Positions 8,524-17,770 of a stretch of 64,000 nt of DNA are shown piece after piece. Under the pieces are notes generated by a model that saw only the letters and a list, made by a program, of their open reading frames with translations, was not told the DNA's origin and made no database searches. The first letter of the stretch is position 1. Each line of letters opens with the position of its first letter. Origin of the DNA: a virus; IMG/VR virus record IMGVR_UViG_3300035703_000070, positions 6,315 through 70,314 of that record; one strand, given 5' to 3'. The position numbers and the translations under genes are program-made.

Positions 8524-9494
8524 ACCATTCCCTTCTCTTTTACGACCCTGCCCATTTCCAAAATATGACCCTGCCTGTTACTGCCGTCAACGAAGCCATG
8601 CTCACTGAGCGCATGCTTGGCCATTTCAGCCCCCTTGAAATCTCTCCAGAGGCCTTCACCAAGGCTTACGAGTTGCCAATTGGCGATCACGTGGAGAAGA
8701 ACTACAAAGGTCTCTCCTATCTTTCCTGGCCTTTTGCCTTTCGCTACTTGAAGGAACAGTTCCCCTCTGTCTATGTGGCCTTTGAAGAAAAGGAAGCTGG
8801 CTGGCCGGTGTTTGGCCAAGAGGGCTGCTGGTTGTTGCGTCCCTACCTCACGGACGGCATCAAGCGCACACCCGCGCTGGTGTTTCCCGTGATGGATAAC
8901 AAGCACAACGCAGTGAAGGCCCTCGACGCTCGTCAGGTGAGCGACAACATCCAACGCGCTTCCGTTAAGTGCATTGCCACTTTCACGGGCTTGGGCCTCA
9001 AGCTCTATGCAGGTGAAGACGTTCCCAAAGCAGACGATGAAAAAGAGCAATCGCCCAGGCTCCCGCTCCAACAGACGACTACGAAGCCTGAAGCGCGGAC
9101 TGTCGCGAAGGAGCAAGGAGCTGCAGAGACTGTTGCAGCGCCTGGAGGCAATGGGACTGTTGCATCCAATGGAACCGCCGAGTTCGATGGTAAAGGAGCA
9201 CTTCTTAGCTTCTGCAAGGCCAATCTCTTCTTCCACGCGGACGAACGCAGCAGCATGATGGCTGGTAAGCGGGCGCTCGAAACCGTGGGCCTGTCTAAGG
9301 GCGAAGACATTAAAGATGCTGCAATGTTTGCCAATGTGGTCACCTCTATGGTTGCCGCATGGGTGAAGGAAGAGGGCATCAAAATTACAAAGGCTGCAAT
9401 GGGGAAAGACATTGACGCTTTGCGTGAGGCATGCCTGAACGGAGCCGATAGTGCTATCGAGGCAGTGAGAGTCTATGTGGAAGCAAAAAAGTAG
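8520..9494 (+). CDS. Sak3/DUF1071-like single-strand annealing recombinase
   Basis: GLSYLSWPFAF, PVMDNKHNA, QRASVKCIA..GLGLKLYAGED motifs. Confidence 0.8.
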   Translation: MNHSLLFYDPAHFQNMTLPVTAVNEAMLTERMLGHFSPLEISPEAFTKAYELPIGDHVEKNYKGLSYLSWPFAFRYLKEQFPSVYVAFEEKEAGWPVFGQEGCWLLRPYLTDGIKRTPALVFPVMDNKHNAVKALDARQVSDNIQRASVKCIATFTGLGLKLYAGEDVPKADDEKEQSPRLPLQQTTTKPEARTVAKEQGAAETVAAPGGNGTVASNGTAEFDGKGALLSFCKANLFFHADERSSMMAGKRALETVGLSKGEDIKDAAMFANVVTSMVAAWVKEEGIKITKAAMGKDIDALREACLNGADSAIEAVRVYVEAKK

Positions 9495-9575
9495 ATAGGG
9501 CAGCAGCCGCGCTCGCGAGAGCTTTCGCGGGCGCAGTTGCCCTTGACGCTGAAGGTGCCCCTCTTTCTGAAGATT

Positions 9576-9827
9576 ATGATCAGCCTGCCCAAACCTCGCT
9601 CCTTTTGTGATATTTCGCACTGTCCCGAGTGCGGAACGCTTTGGCATGACACGCCCATTCCAGAAGAAAGCCGTTCGCTATTCGGAAATAGCAAATGGTT
9701 CTCACGGGTGATCGCTATCAGCTCTTGGCAGCAAGACCGTTGCATTGCTTATCAATGCCCCGACTGTCATGCTTGCTGGGACCGTGACACTGGCGCAATT
9801 GTTGATTCCTACGATCTTTCACGATGA
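9576..9827 (+). CDS. zinc-ribbon protein
   Basis: CPECG and CPDC pairs. Confidence 0.65.
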   Translation: MISLPKPRSFCDISHCPECGTLWHDTPIPEESRSLFGNSKWFSRVIAISSWQQDRCIAYQCPDCHACWDRDTGAIVDSYDLSR

Positions 9828-9961
9828 CTATTTTTCTTTCGCTTTTCTCCATTGTCTTCCTTGCGTCGCCCATCATGGCGTGCAACGAGCCAATTCTTAA
9901 AAATGGTTCATGCCCGCTTGGCTATTACAGCAGTGGAAGCTATTGCATTCCTAGTCGATAG
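9824..9961 (+). CDS. small secreted Cys-containing peptide (45 aa)
   Basis: Read manually: hydrophobic N-terminus then CNEPILKNGSCPLGYYSSGSYCIPSR; ATGA overlap. Confidence 0.55.
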   Translation: MTIFLSLFSIVFLASPIMACNEPILKNGSCPLGYYSSGSYCIPSR

Positions 9962-10003
9962 GGGCGATAGTTGGCTTGTTACGACCTTACCTTGTCCCGA
10001 GTC

Positions 10004-10834
10004 ATGCCCTCGTTCGAGCGCTTTGAACCCAAGCGAATCAGTCTCAATGGAAAGAGGCATTACATTTGCGAAGGCTTTCCAAACGTGCCTGATGGAACTG
10101 TTTTGCCTTCCGTGACCACCGCGCTTTCCTCTATGGCGCCAGTTGCCAAGATCATGGCTTTGATTAACTGGAGACGCAAAATCGGTGAGTCGGAGGCCCG
10201 CAGACGCACTCGACTTGCGAGCGACAGGGGGACATGGCTGCACGGAGTCATGGAAGATTGGTTCAATGGGGAAGACATTGAGAATCACCTAGAACGTAAT
10301 CCTGAATGGAAGCCATACTTTGATTTGATGGAGCCATTTTTGCTGGGAGACAAAGATCGCCTCACTCTTATTTGCGATCAAGAATCTCTTGAATACATTA
10401 AATACTGCGATGGCATTGAAAAGCCATTAATGACGGAAAGTGCTGTTGCTTGGTATGACGCCGAGTCGCGAATTGGAGTGGCTGGTACTGTAGACCAGTT
10501 TGCATTTACGAAGGCAGGCAAACTTTCTCTTCCCGACTGGAAAAGCTCATTCAAGGTCAAGCCGCAATCGCAACTAGCAGACTACAAACAGCAGCTTGGA
10601 GGCTACGCACTGGCCATTGAGCAAATGGAGCAATGCTCAATAGACGAAGCATGGTCCGTGTTGGCTTGTTATGATCCAGAGAACGATAACAGCGTCCCCA
10701 CCTTGCAACTCGTTCGTTTAGACGGTTTTGAACTGATGGTGCAGCAGCGTATCATGCAAGACACCGTGCGAAGATACTTTGAACAGGAGTATCCTGGCGG
10801 CAAGGCAATGACTTTGACAACAGACAAGGGGTGA
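10004..10834 (+). CDS. PD-(D/E)XK exonuclease
   Basis: LPSVTT, RGTWLH, E...AGTVD...DWKSS, QLGGYA motifs. Confidence 0.85.
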   Translation: MPSFERFEPKRISLNGKRHYICEGFPNVPDGTVLPSVTTALSSMAPVAKIMALINWRRKIGESEARRRTRLASDRGTWLHGVMEDWFNGEDIENHLERNPEWKPYFDLMEPFLLGDKDRLTLICDQESLEYIKYCDGIEKPLMTESAVAWYDAESRIGVAGTVDQFAFTKAGKLSLPDWKSSFKVKPQSQLADYKQQLGGYALAIEQMEQCSIDEAWSVLACYDPENDNSVPTLQLVRLDGFELMVQQRIMQDTVRRYFEQEYPGGKAMTLTTDKG

Positions 10835-11763
10835 TGGGAGTTCTATTGCAGACTGGTGTGAACGATTTGCAAACTCTCTTTCCCGCAATCTGTCAAGAAT
10901 GTGATGGATGGGACGCATCAACTTTTCACGCATTTTCTAATAAAAAGATGCCGTGGAAATGCAGCAAAGGTCATCGCTGGATTGCAATGGTCGCTAATCG
11001 CACCAAGCATGGGAAAGGGTGTCCGTATTGCGCCAACAAATATGCGTGGCCGGGTGACAATGACCTTGCAACGTTGTTTCCCGATCTGGCCAAGGAAGCT
11101 TACGGATGGAATGCTTCGCGATGCTTGCCTTATTCTCACGAAAAGAAGAGATGGGTGTGCCCTAGTGGTCACATATGGGAATGTGTCGTCAACAAGCGTA
11201 CTGCAAGGGGCACTGGCTGTCCAATTTGCAGTAAAAGAGTTTTAATTCCTGGCGTAAATGACTTAAAAACGATGTTTCCAGTAATAGCAGCGCAAGCCTT
11301 TGGATGGGATGCTGAGCTTGTCCAACATGGGTCAAGCAAGAAAAGAAAATGGCTATGCGATAAAGGCCATGTTTACACGGCCACACCTAATCATCGAACA
11401 AGACCAGAGTCTCCAACTGGCTGTCCTTGCTGCCGCAAAACTGGTTACAACAAAAACAAGAAAGGATGGGTGTATTTAATGAATAGAAACGGTGAGCAGC
11501 AAATCGGAATAACCAACAAGCCTAAGCAACGAATTAAAACTCACTCAAGGAAGGGCTGGTATCTTGTTGATTTGATTGGTCCAATAAATGGCTGCTTAGC
11601 TGCAGACATTGAGCTTATTGTCAGACGCTATTTAGATCGCCGTGGTTTAAAAATGCAGGGCACTTACGAAAATTGGTCCACTCAAAACATGGAGGTGCGC
11701 TCCTTGCGAGAGTTGTTGGTGCTGGCGGGGGTTGACGGCCTTCTTTGCGGACTGCTAAGCTAG
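10831..11763 (+). CDS. zinc-ribbon repeat (DUF4379-like) + GIY-YIG-like endonuclease, putative homing endonuclease
   Basis: Three W.C..GH.W...R....GCP.C repeats; C-terminal WVYLM...QIGIT..P..R. Confidence 0.75.
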   Translation: MMGVLLQTGVNDLQTLFPAICQECDGWDASTFHAFSNKKMPWKCSKGHRWIAMVANRTKHGKGCPYCANKYAWPGDNDLATLFPDLAKEAYGWNASRCLPYSHEKKRWVCPSGHIWECVVNKRTARGTGCPICSKRVLIPGVNDLKTMFPVIAAQAFGWDAELVQHGSSKKRKWLCDKGHVYTATPNHRTRPESPTGCPCCRKTGYNKNKKGWVYLMNRNGEQQIGITNKPKQRIKTHSRKGWYLVDLIGPINGCLAADIELIVRRYLDRRGLKMQGTYENWSTQNMEVRSLRELLVLAGVDGLLCGLLS

Positions 11764-11807
11764 CGAGGCCCTGAACAAGGGCTCCATCACTCCCCAGGAG
11801 AAACACC

Positions 11808-12059
11808 ATGGCTGGAAAGCCTCCAATTACTGCTGCCATCGACCTCACTCCTGACGTGCTTAATGCACTGAAGGCCGCTGGTCCAAACGATCGCGGCAAC
11901 TACTCTCTCGACCTTGCAGTGTGGGAGAACACTCGTCGCACTTCAGACCGCGCCCCTGGCTACACGGGCAGCGTCAAGGTGAAGGGCGCAGATCGCGACG
12001 CTCCCAAAGGCTACGCTTCCGTGTGGACCAATATGGGCGGCTCTGACGATCTGTTCTGA
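11808..12059 (+). CDS. small putative ssDNA-binding protein
   Basis: GGAG RBS; RAPGYTGSV beta-rich motif; acidic DDLF tail. Confidence 0.55.
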   Translation: MAGKPPITAAIDLTPDVLNALKAAGPNDRGNYSLDLAVWENTRRTSDRAPGYTGSVKVKGADRDAPKGYASVWTNMGGSDDLF

Positions 12060-12063
12060 AAAT

Positions 12064-12088
12064 AAGGGGCTTCGGCCCCTTTCTTTTT
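12064..12088 (+). terminator. Rho-independent terminator
   Basis: AAGGGGC-TTCG-GCCCCTT-TCTTTTT. Confidence 0.85.
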
Positions 12089-12166
12089 ATGGAACACCTA
12101 CTCATCTTCATTGTTTGCTTTGCTTTTGGCTACTTTTTCGTCGATCTTTTGATTGACCGCAGTTGA
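12089..12166 (+). CDS. tiny membrane peptide (25 aa)
   Basis: MEHLLIFIVCFAFGYFFVDLLIDRS fills the intergenic gap. Confidence 0.35.
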   Translation: MEHLLIFIVCFAFGYFFVDLLIDRS

Positions 12167-12185
12167 TCCTTCTCATCACACAACC

Positions 12186-12773
12186 ATGCTTCTCACTGAC
12201 AAAGAAATCAGCAAGCTTGCCGAAAATGATTTGCTCATGCCCTATGTGGGCGAAAAACGGCGCAAGCTTGACAATGGCATTGGGGCTATTTCCTATGGCC
12301 TTTCGCAAGCTGGCTACGACATTCGGCTTTCAGACAAGCAATTTTTGGTGTTCAATGGGAAAGCATATAGAGCTGCGGATCGATCTATTCTCGACCCCAA
12401 AATGCTTAGCTATCAGCCCTATGAAGCCGTGCTGAATCATGGCGACGGGGAATCCTGGTACATTCTTCCTCCTAACAGCTTCGGACTTGGCGTGAGCGTA
12501 GAGCGTTTCACTATGCCCAATGATGTGTTTGCTTTGTGTGAAGGCAAAAGCACCTATGGGCGCATTGGCTTGATTGCCAACATTCTTCCTATCGAGCCTG
12601 GCTGGACTGGTTATTTGACCATGTGTCTTGTCAATCCCACTTCTTTTCCATTGAAGCTCTATGCCAATGAAGGCATCGCGCAAGTTGTTTTCTTTCGTTG
12701 TGGCACTGTTGACAGGCCCTACGAAGGACACTACCAAAACCAAGGCGCTAAGGTGCAGTTAGCTGCCGTCTAA
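12186..12773 (+). CDS. dcd: dCTP deaminase
   Basis: ISYGLS.AGYDIRL, GKSTYGR.G, PIEPGW.G, YANEGIAQ, YQNQ. Confidence 0.93.
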   Translation: MLLTDKEISKLAENDLLMPYVGEKRRKLDNGIGAISYGLSQAGYDIRLSDKQFLVFNGKAYRAADRSILDPKMLSYQPYEAVLNHGDGESWYILPPNSFGLGVSVERFTMPNDVFALCEGKSTYGRIGLIANILPIEPGWTGYLTMCLVNPTSFPLKLYANEGIAQVVFFRCGTVDRPYEGHYQNQGAKVQLAAV

Positions 12774-12776
12774 TTA

Positions 12777-13154
12777 GTGAGCGCTCTTGAAGATCAATTC
12801 CTAGGCCTTTGGCAGGCGCATTATCCTCAGCTTTCTCTAGAGCGAGAATACAGCGACATCGAAGCTTGGGAAAAAGATTTTCAAGAGCGCTATTCCCGCA
12901 GCAAACGATCAAAGAGGTACAGGCTTGACTTTGCTCACCCCGACTCTCGCATTGGCATCGAAATACAGGGTGGTGTTTACAATCGTGGCCGCCACGTCAC
13001 TGGCTCTGGCTATGAGCGAGATTGCAAGAAATACAATCTTGCTTATACGAGCGGTTGGACAATCTTTCTTCTCACTTCTGCCATGGCCAAAGACGCCGCG
13101 TGGCTTTCGATGATTGCTGGGCATATTGCTGCACAACTTCAGCGGCCTCGTTGA
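12777..13154 (+). CDS. Vsr/DUF559-like endonuclease
   Basis: YRLDFA.P...IGIEIQGG....GRH....GYERDC.KYN.A...GW. Confidence 0.75.
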   Translation: MSALEDQFLGLWQAHYPQLSLEREYSDIEAWEKDFQERYSRSKRSKRYRLDFAHPDSRIGIEIQGGVYNRGRHVTGSGYERDCKKYNLAYTSGWTIFLLTSAMAKDAAWLSMIAGHIAAQLQRPR

Positions 13155-13437
13155 GCATTTCTTCAGCAGCGGTCAAATCATTGTCCTTCTGCGCCATGGC
13201 TTGACGAAGCCGGATGTTTTCAAGCATCAAGCTCTGAACGGCAGTCTGCATAGAGCACCAGCCCTGTAGCAAATTCTTTGACACCTCCTTGAGCTGCTTC
13301 AAGTCGGTGCAATCGTCAATGGCCCTTTTGTTCACCGTCAGGGCAAATTCCCTTTCGGCTGAATGCTCAAATGGCCCCATAACTGCATGGATATGACGAT
13401 TGTTGAATGTTAGCTCAACGGGCAAGCAAAACTTCAT
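13072..13437 (-). CDS. hypothetical coiled-coil protein
   Basis: 121-aa ORF. Confidence 0.6.
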   Translation of the reverse strand: MKFCLPVELTFNNRHIHAVMGPFEHSAEREFALTVNKRAIDDCTDLKQLKEVSKNLLQGWCSMQTAVQSLMLENIRLRQAMAQKDNDLTAAEEMLNEAAEVVQQYAQQSSKATRRLWPWQK

Positions 13438-13570
13438 TGTTTGTCTGATGGCCTTTTCTCAAGCTTAATCGCGCATTAAGAAGGACCATGGGGGAGGGCC
13501 GAAAAGGAACGGACGGCTTGCCGAAAAGCACTGCCTTGCTTACAATTGCAAAGCGTTCGGCTTTCCCCTT

Positions 13571-13777
13571 GTGTTGAGGCCTGAAAAAACTACTGCTGAG
13601 AAACACGGTGAGCTCCTTGTTCTGATGGTCACTGCCGCCATCACTTCTGCTCTTTATGGTTGGCTTCTCAGCCTTTGCGCCTCGTTCTTTTTCCCGGCGT
13701 TCTCCCTTGCTTTTTGGCAGTGGTGGCTGACTGCTTTCACCTGGCGTTGCCTGTTCAGTTCTTCCTCGAGCAACTAA
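13571..13777 (+). CDS. small membrane protein
   Basis: Hydrophobic; stop overlaps the thyX ATG. Confidence 0.55.
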   Translation: MLRPEKTTAEKHGELLVLMVTAAITSALYGWLLSLCASFFFPAFSLAFWQWWLTAFTWRCLFSSSSSN

Positions 13778-14487
13778 TGCTTCTCCCCTCCATCGACCCC
13801 CTTCAAGACGGCACCAGCGAAGTGAGGCTGCTTGATTTCATGGGCAATAGCTTGTCCGTGGTCAACGATGCCCGTCAAAGCTTTGAAAAGGCTTCTGCCG
13901 ACTGGTCCGAAAAAGATGCAAAATTGTTGAACTATTTGGCTCGCGAACACCATACCAGCCCGTTTCGGGGAGTGGTTCTTAAATGGTTCGTAAAGGCGCC
14001 GCTGTTCGTGGCCAGGCAATGGTGGAAGCACACAGTAGCCTGCACTTATGTGGATGACCAACTGGGCTGGAATGAAAAAAGCTATCGCTATTGCTCGGCA
14101 GAGGATGCTGAGTTTTACATGCCCAGCGTTTTCTTGGAGCAAAGCGAGAGCAATCGACAAGCCTCTGCAGGACCCCTGTCCGACGAAGATCAGCAACGGG
14201 CCAGGCTTGCCTATGCAAGCGGCTTGTGGGCGGCCAAGGCGGCCTATGAAGACCTTCTGGCGATAGGAGTGAGCAAGGAGCAGGCTCGCGCCGTGCTGCC
14301 TGCGGCCTTGTACACTTCTTTCGTCTGGACCTGCTCGTTGCAAGCCCTCCTCCATTTCATCAGCCTTCGCAAAGGAGACGGCGCCCAAGGAGAAATTGTC
14401 CTCTACGCCGATGCGTTATTTGCTCTTGGCCGACCAGTGGCGCCAGAAGCCTTTGATGCGTTTGCAGCCAACGAATACCAATTTTGA
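13777..14487 (+). CDS. thyX: FAD-dependent thymidylate synthase
   Basis: VVNDARQS, HTSPF, APLFVARQWWKH, NEKSYRY, EQARAVLP, LLHFISLR. Confidence 0.93.
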   Translation: MLLPSIDPLQDGTSEVRLLDFMGNSLSVVNDARQSFEKASADWSEKDAKLLNYLAREHHTSPFRGVVLKWFVKAPLFVARQWWKHTVACTYVDDQLGWNEKSYRYCSAEDAEFYMPSVFLEQSESNRQASAGPLSDEDQQRARLAYASGLWAAKAAYEDLLAIGVSKEQARAVLPAALYTSFVWTCSLQALLHFISLRKGDGAQGEIVLYADALFALGRPVAPEAFDAFAANEYQF

Positions 14488-14864
14488 TCATGCACGACCC
14501 AATCAATCCGTCTCACTACACCCACGGATCCATCGAATGTATTGAAGCTATTGAAGACTCAATGGGGGCAGAAGGTTTCAAGGGGTTTCTTAAGGGCAAC
14601 TGCTTGAAATACCTGTGGCGCTATCAACAAAAGAACGGGGCAGAAGACCTCAAGAAAGCTCAATGGTATTTGAGCAGATTGATTGACGCTCAAGAATACG
14701 AAGAAGACAAGGCCGTTGCAGTGAAGGAACAAAGCAAGCAAGTGGCAGAATACATTGCAGGCGGCGATCCAGATGCCTACATGATCAGCGGGTGCCCTGA
14801 CGGCTTCTGCTCATTGCCCAACGTAAGGCAAGGTCCCGCTGAGATGTTCGAGCCAGTCGGCTAG
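14484..14864 (+). CDS. DUF3310 domain protein
   Basis: INPSHY..G.IECIEAI, GN..KYLWR...KNG.EDLKKA.WYL. Confidence 0.85.
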   Translation: MIMHDPINPSHYTHGSIECIEAIEDSMGAEGFKGFLKGNCLKYLWRYQQKNGAEDLKKAQWYLSRLIDAQEYEEDKAVAVKEQSKQVAEYIAGGDPDAYMISGCPDGFCSLPNVRQGPAEMFEPVG

Positions 14865-15349
14865 CTTGCCAGTCCTAATTGCAGAGAAAGCGGCCAGACA
14901 CGGGCCGCTTTTTCATGCGCTTCATGAATGGGCACGATTCGCTGCGTTTCGTGCATCCACTGTTCCCAGTCGCCAATGGCAGTGTAAGCGCTTACAAAAC
15001 TATGAGCATAAATCCATGCCATCAAAGCGTCTTCACGCTGTTGCGTCCAAAATTGCTGGGGCCTCCACCATTCAAACAGCGGCAAATTGCTTTTGCTTGC
15101 ATTGCAGCTCAAGCATGACGGAGCGCTGTTCCATTTCGAGAAATGCGGCCCTCCCTTGCTCTTGGGCACAATGTGATCAATGGTTAGCTTCTCGTTCCAT
15201 CGCCCGCAATAAGCGCAGGCACAATGACCGAATGGCCCCTTGACTGGGTAGTCTTCAAAAATGCTTTTGCGGAATCGTCGCTTGGCTTCGCCAGGGCGTA
15301 GAACAGACAAAGAATAGAGCAGGTTCTCTGGTCCATTGTCTTGCCGCAT
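14861..15349 (-). CDS. HNH endonuclease
   Basis: CAYCG...TIDHIVPKSKGG...N...C..CN..K; start MRQDNGPE. Confidence 0.85.
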   Translation of the reverse strand: MRQDNGPENLLYSLSVLRPGEAKRRFRKSIFEDYPVKGPFGHCACAYCGRWNEKLTIDHIVPKSKGGPHFSKWNSAPSCLSCNASKSNLPLFEWWRPQQFWTQQREDALMAWIYAHSFVSAYTAIGDWEQWMHETQRIVPIHEAHEKAARVWPLSLQLGLAS

Positions 15350-15439
15350 AGCATCACAATGCTCGCTTGTCTTTAGCTTAAACCACAGAAGACGATGGAT
15401 GGGAGAATGTAGAATAGAGGAAAAAGTGTCACCCGTCCA

Positions 15440-15649
15440 ATGAAGACTTGGCAGGAAAAGGCCGCCGATTTGGCGGTGACCGTTACAGCAGGAATGCTTC
15501 TTGCTACTGGTGGCACAATGGTGGCCATTGGCACTCAACAGGCTCGCATCACCACGCAAGTTGAGACCGTCATTGAAAAGCTTGATGCTCTCACTGAAAA
15601 CATTAAGAGCCTTGAAACTCGCGTGCGTTCGTTGGAAATCGAGCGCTAA
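15440..15649 (+). CDS. membrane/coiled-coil protein (holin-like)
   Basis: TM helix then coiled coil, upstream of the endolysin. Confidence 0.55.
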   Translation: MKTWQEKAADLAVTVTAGMLLATGGTMVAIGTQQARITTQVETVIEKLDALTENIKSLETRVRSLEIER

Positions 15650-15673
15650 GCTAAGGGAAAAGCTTTTCTCATC

Positions 15674-15817
15674 ATGACTTCCATTGAATGGTTTGTTGTT
15701 GGCGGTATTGTCATTGCAGCCGCCGACCAGGTGATTCAACACACCCCCTGGAAGAGCAACAACGTGGTGCAATTGCTCTTGACTGGGCTCAAGGCAGTGT
15801 TCCGCGTGAAGGCCTGA
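15674..15817 (+). CDS. putative holin (47 aa)
   Basis: Read manually: MTSIEWFVVGGIVIAAADQVIQHTPWKSNNVVQLLLTGLKAVFRVKA, immediately before the endolysin. Confidence 0.6.
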   Translation: MTSIEWFVVGGIVIAAADQVIQHTPWKSNNVVQLLLTGLKAVFRVKA

Positions 15818-15820
15818 GTT

Positions 15821-16762
15821 ATGACGGCAGAGCAAGTATTCTGGAAGCGATGTTTTGACATTGCCCGCAAATGCGGGGCTCGCTTTCCAGAACTTGCTGC
15901 TGCTCAATGCTGCTTAGAAAGCGGCTTCGGTAAGCATTTTTCTGGCAAGAACAACATCCTTGGCCTCAAAGGCGATGGCTCCAATGTCTCGACAAAAGAG
16001 TTTTACGATGGTCAATGGGTGACAATCAAAGCGGGCTTCATTGATTTCCCTTCCATTGAAGCTTGCATTGAATACTTGGTCACTCGCTGGTACAAAGACT
16101 ATCGACATTTCAAGGGCATCAACAAAGCCCCCAATCGCTATGCTGCGGCTCGCATGCTTTATCAGCAAAGTTATGCGACGGATCCCGACTACCCGGCAAA
16201 ACTTTCAAAGCTGATGAAGCAATACGCTCCTGAATCTACAACTTCCACCATGATTGGCCCTAAAAAGCGTCCGCAAAATTTTGACTTCAAGCCTGGTGAT
16301 TCTCACTTGGTCGTTAATGATGCCGTGGAAACCATGAAAGCTTTTTCCTACGAAGGAAAGCTGTTGTGGGAAATTCCTTGCCTTGCTCGTGGACAATACA
16401 GTGACTTTGAATGGCGCATCCAAAACAGTGACACTCCCGTGGGAATCTACCTATTTGGGGAAGTGCACAAAGACTACGAGCGCGTAGGCGACAAGCCTGC
16501 ATATGATCGAACTTTGATGGCATATGGCTGGTACAGTTTCGACATGATTGACTTGGAAGGGCAGGAAAGAAATAATGGAAGGGCGGGAATTATGGCCCAT
16601 GGGGGTGGCAGCGCTAATGGCTGGCCAGGCGCGTGGGCGCCCAACCAGCCGCTAGTGCCTTCTCATGGATGTCTTCGTCTAAGAAATGTTGATCTTCGCG
16701 ACAAAATTCTTCCACTTTACAGACAAGGCAAGATCTTCTGTTCCGTGTGGCAAGAAGGCTAG
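15821..16762 (+). CDS. endolysin: GH73 glucosaminidase + L,D-transpeptidase-like domain
   Basis: AQCCLESG.G...NNILGLK, YATDP.Y (GH73); TP.G.Y, HGGG...SHGC.R (YkuD-like). Confidence 0.82.
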   Translation: MTAEQVFWKRCFDIARKCGARFPELAAAQCCLESGFGKHFSGKNNILGLKGDGSNVSTKEFYDGQWVTIKAGFIDFPSIEACIEYLVTRWYKDYRHFKGINKAPNRYAAARMLYQQSYATDPDYPAKLSKLMKQYAPESTTSTMIGPKKRPQNFDFKPGDSHLVVNDAVETMKAFSYEGKLLWEIPCLARGQYSDFEWRIQNSDTPVGIYLFGEVHKDYERVGDKPAYDRTLMAYGWYSFDMIDLEGQERNNGRAGIMAHGGGSANGWPGAWAPNQPLVPSHGCLRLRNVDLRDKILPLYRQGKIFCSVWQEG

Positions 16763-17286
16763 TCAACGTGCTTCCATATTTTGCGCAAACGAATTGCGCT
16801 AATAACGGGCTGAGTTACTCCATAGGCTTCTGCCAAGTCAGCTTGCTTTTCATTACTAGCTCGTATAGCTAGCACGTCAGCTTCAGTAAGCTTGCTGGCT
16901 GGATTTGCAATGCCGCGCAAAATTGTGCCATGCCTAACTTTATCGGCTTCATTCTCAGCCTTTGTTCCCCAAGCCAAGTTATCAAGCCTGTTATTGCTGG
17001 GATCGCCATCCAGATGCCTGGCTTCACAATTCTCTGGGCGAGGACCAACAAATGCTTCGAGCGCCAAGTGATGAACAGGACGCTGTTTGTCTGGATTACG
17101 TAAAAGAACTCGCTTGTATTTTCTGCTCTTCCCAGACGAAGACGGAGTGAAGTAACGAACCCCAGTCCTCCTCCGACCAGAATTCGCCTTCACCCAGCGA
17201 TCCAAGCTTCGCACCCGCCCAAAATTACTTACCTCGTAAATCCCTTCGTATCCAGCAATGGGGCGCCATTCTTCTATTATGGACAT
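16759..17286 (-). CDS. NUMOD4-HNH homing endonuclease
   Basis: EEWRPIAGYEGIYEVSNFGRVRS; VHHLALEAF...RHLDGD..NN...NL.W. Confidence 0.9.
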   Translation of the reverse strand: MSIIEEWRPIAGYEGIYEVSNFGRVRSLDRWVKANSGRRRTGVRYFTPSSSGKSRKYKRVLLRNPDKQRPVHHLALEAFVGPRPENCEARHLDGDPSNNRLDNLAWGTKAENEADKVRHGTILRGIANPASKLTEADVLAIRASNEKQADLAEAYGVTQPVISAIRLRKIWKHVD

Positions 17287-17340
17287 GATGCCTACCTCCT
17301 TTAGGTGTCCGTGGGCAGGGAATTGCAGTTCCGCTGCCCT
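17281..17340 (-). promoter_or_regulatory. two-hairpin leader sequestering the SD/start of the HNH gene
   Basis: GGGCAG...CTGCCC hairpin, then GGACA-CCTA-AAGGAGG-TAGG-CATCA-TGTCC pairing over the ATG. Confidence 0.6.
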
Positions 17341-17356
17341 TTTACTTTAACTTGCA

Positions 17357-17770
17357 ATGGACTATAGCTGGCGGGAATGGTTGCTTGCGTTGTGCTACGA
17401 GCTAGCTCTTGAGCTTGCCAAGCAACGCCCTTCCATCGCTTCTAAATGGTGGTACAAGCGGCTTCTGGAATGGTGCCGTCCTGCATGGGTGGAGTGGAAA
17501 ACGGAAACCACGCTGCAGGCCGTTGACAAGCAGGCCAAGGTCTTGGTGGAGCAATGGGAAGCAGAAGAGCGGGAACATCGATCAGAAGCGCTTGCAGCTA
17601 AGGCTCAGGAGCTTTTCCCTAAAGCCACTGTCACGCCATTGCCCAATACGGCAGTGCCTAGCGTGATGATCGTCCACGAGGCTCCAGACGACGCCAGCGA
17701 CGCCATCAAGGCGCTTGGGGCTGAACTGCGCATCACCTGGACTCTTGGCAGTCCATCCCCTTCCCAATAA
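17357..17770 (+). CDS. hypothetical protein
   Basis: 137-aa ORF. Confidence 0.6.
   Translation: MDYSWREWLLALCYELALELAKQRPSIASKWWYKRLLEWCRPAWVEWKTETTLQAVDKQAKVLVEQWEAEEREHRSEALAAKAQELFPKATVTPLPNTAVPSVMIVHEAPDDASDAIKALGAELRITWTLGSPSPSQ

Noticed and set aside
8493-9647. 384-aa minus-strand ORF (also 40277..41233, 6314..7099, 58908..59681)
   Set aside because: Antisense shadows of well-supported genes, with no recognisable motifs.
15350-15907. N-terminal extension of the 348-aa HNH ORF
   Set aside because: Overlaps the plus-strand holin genes; the real start is probably ATG 15349.
17305-17322. Relic endolysin C-terminus (GTGTCCGTGGGCAGGGAA versus TGTTCCGTGTGGCAAGAA)
   Set aside because: Needs an indel, is short, and the bases are explained by the HNH leader hairpins.
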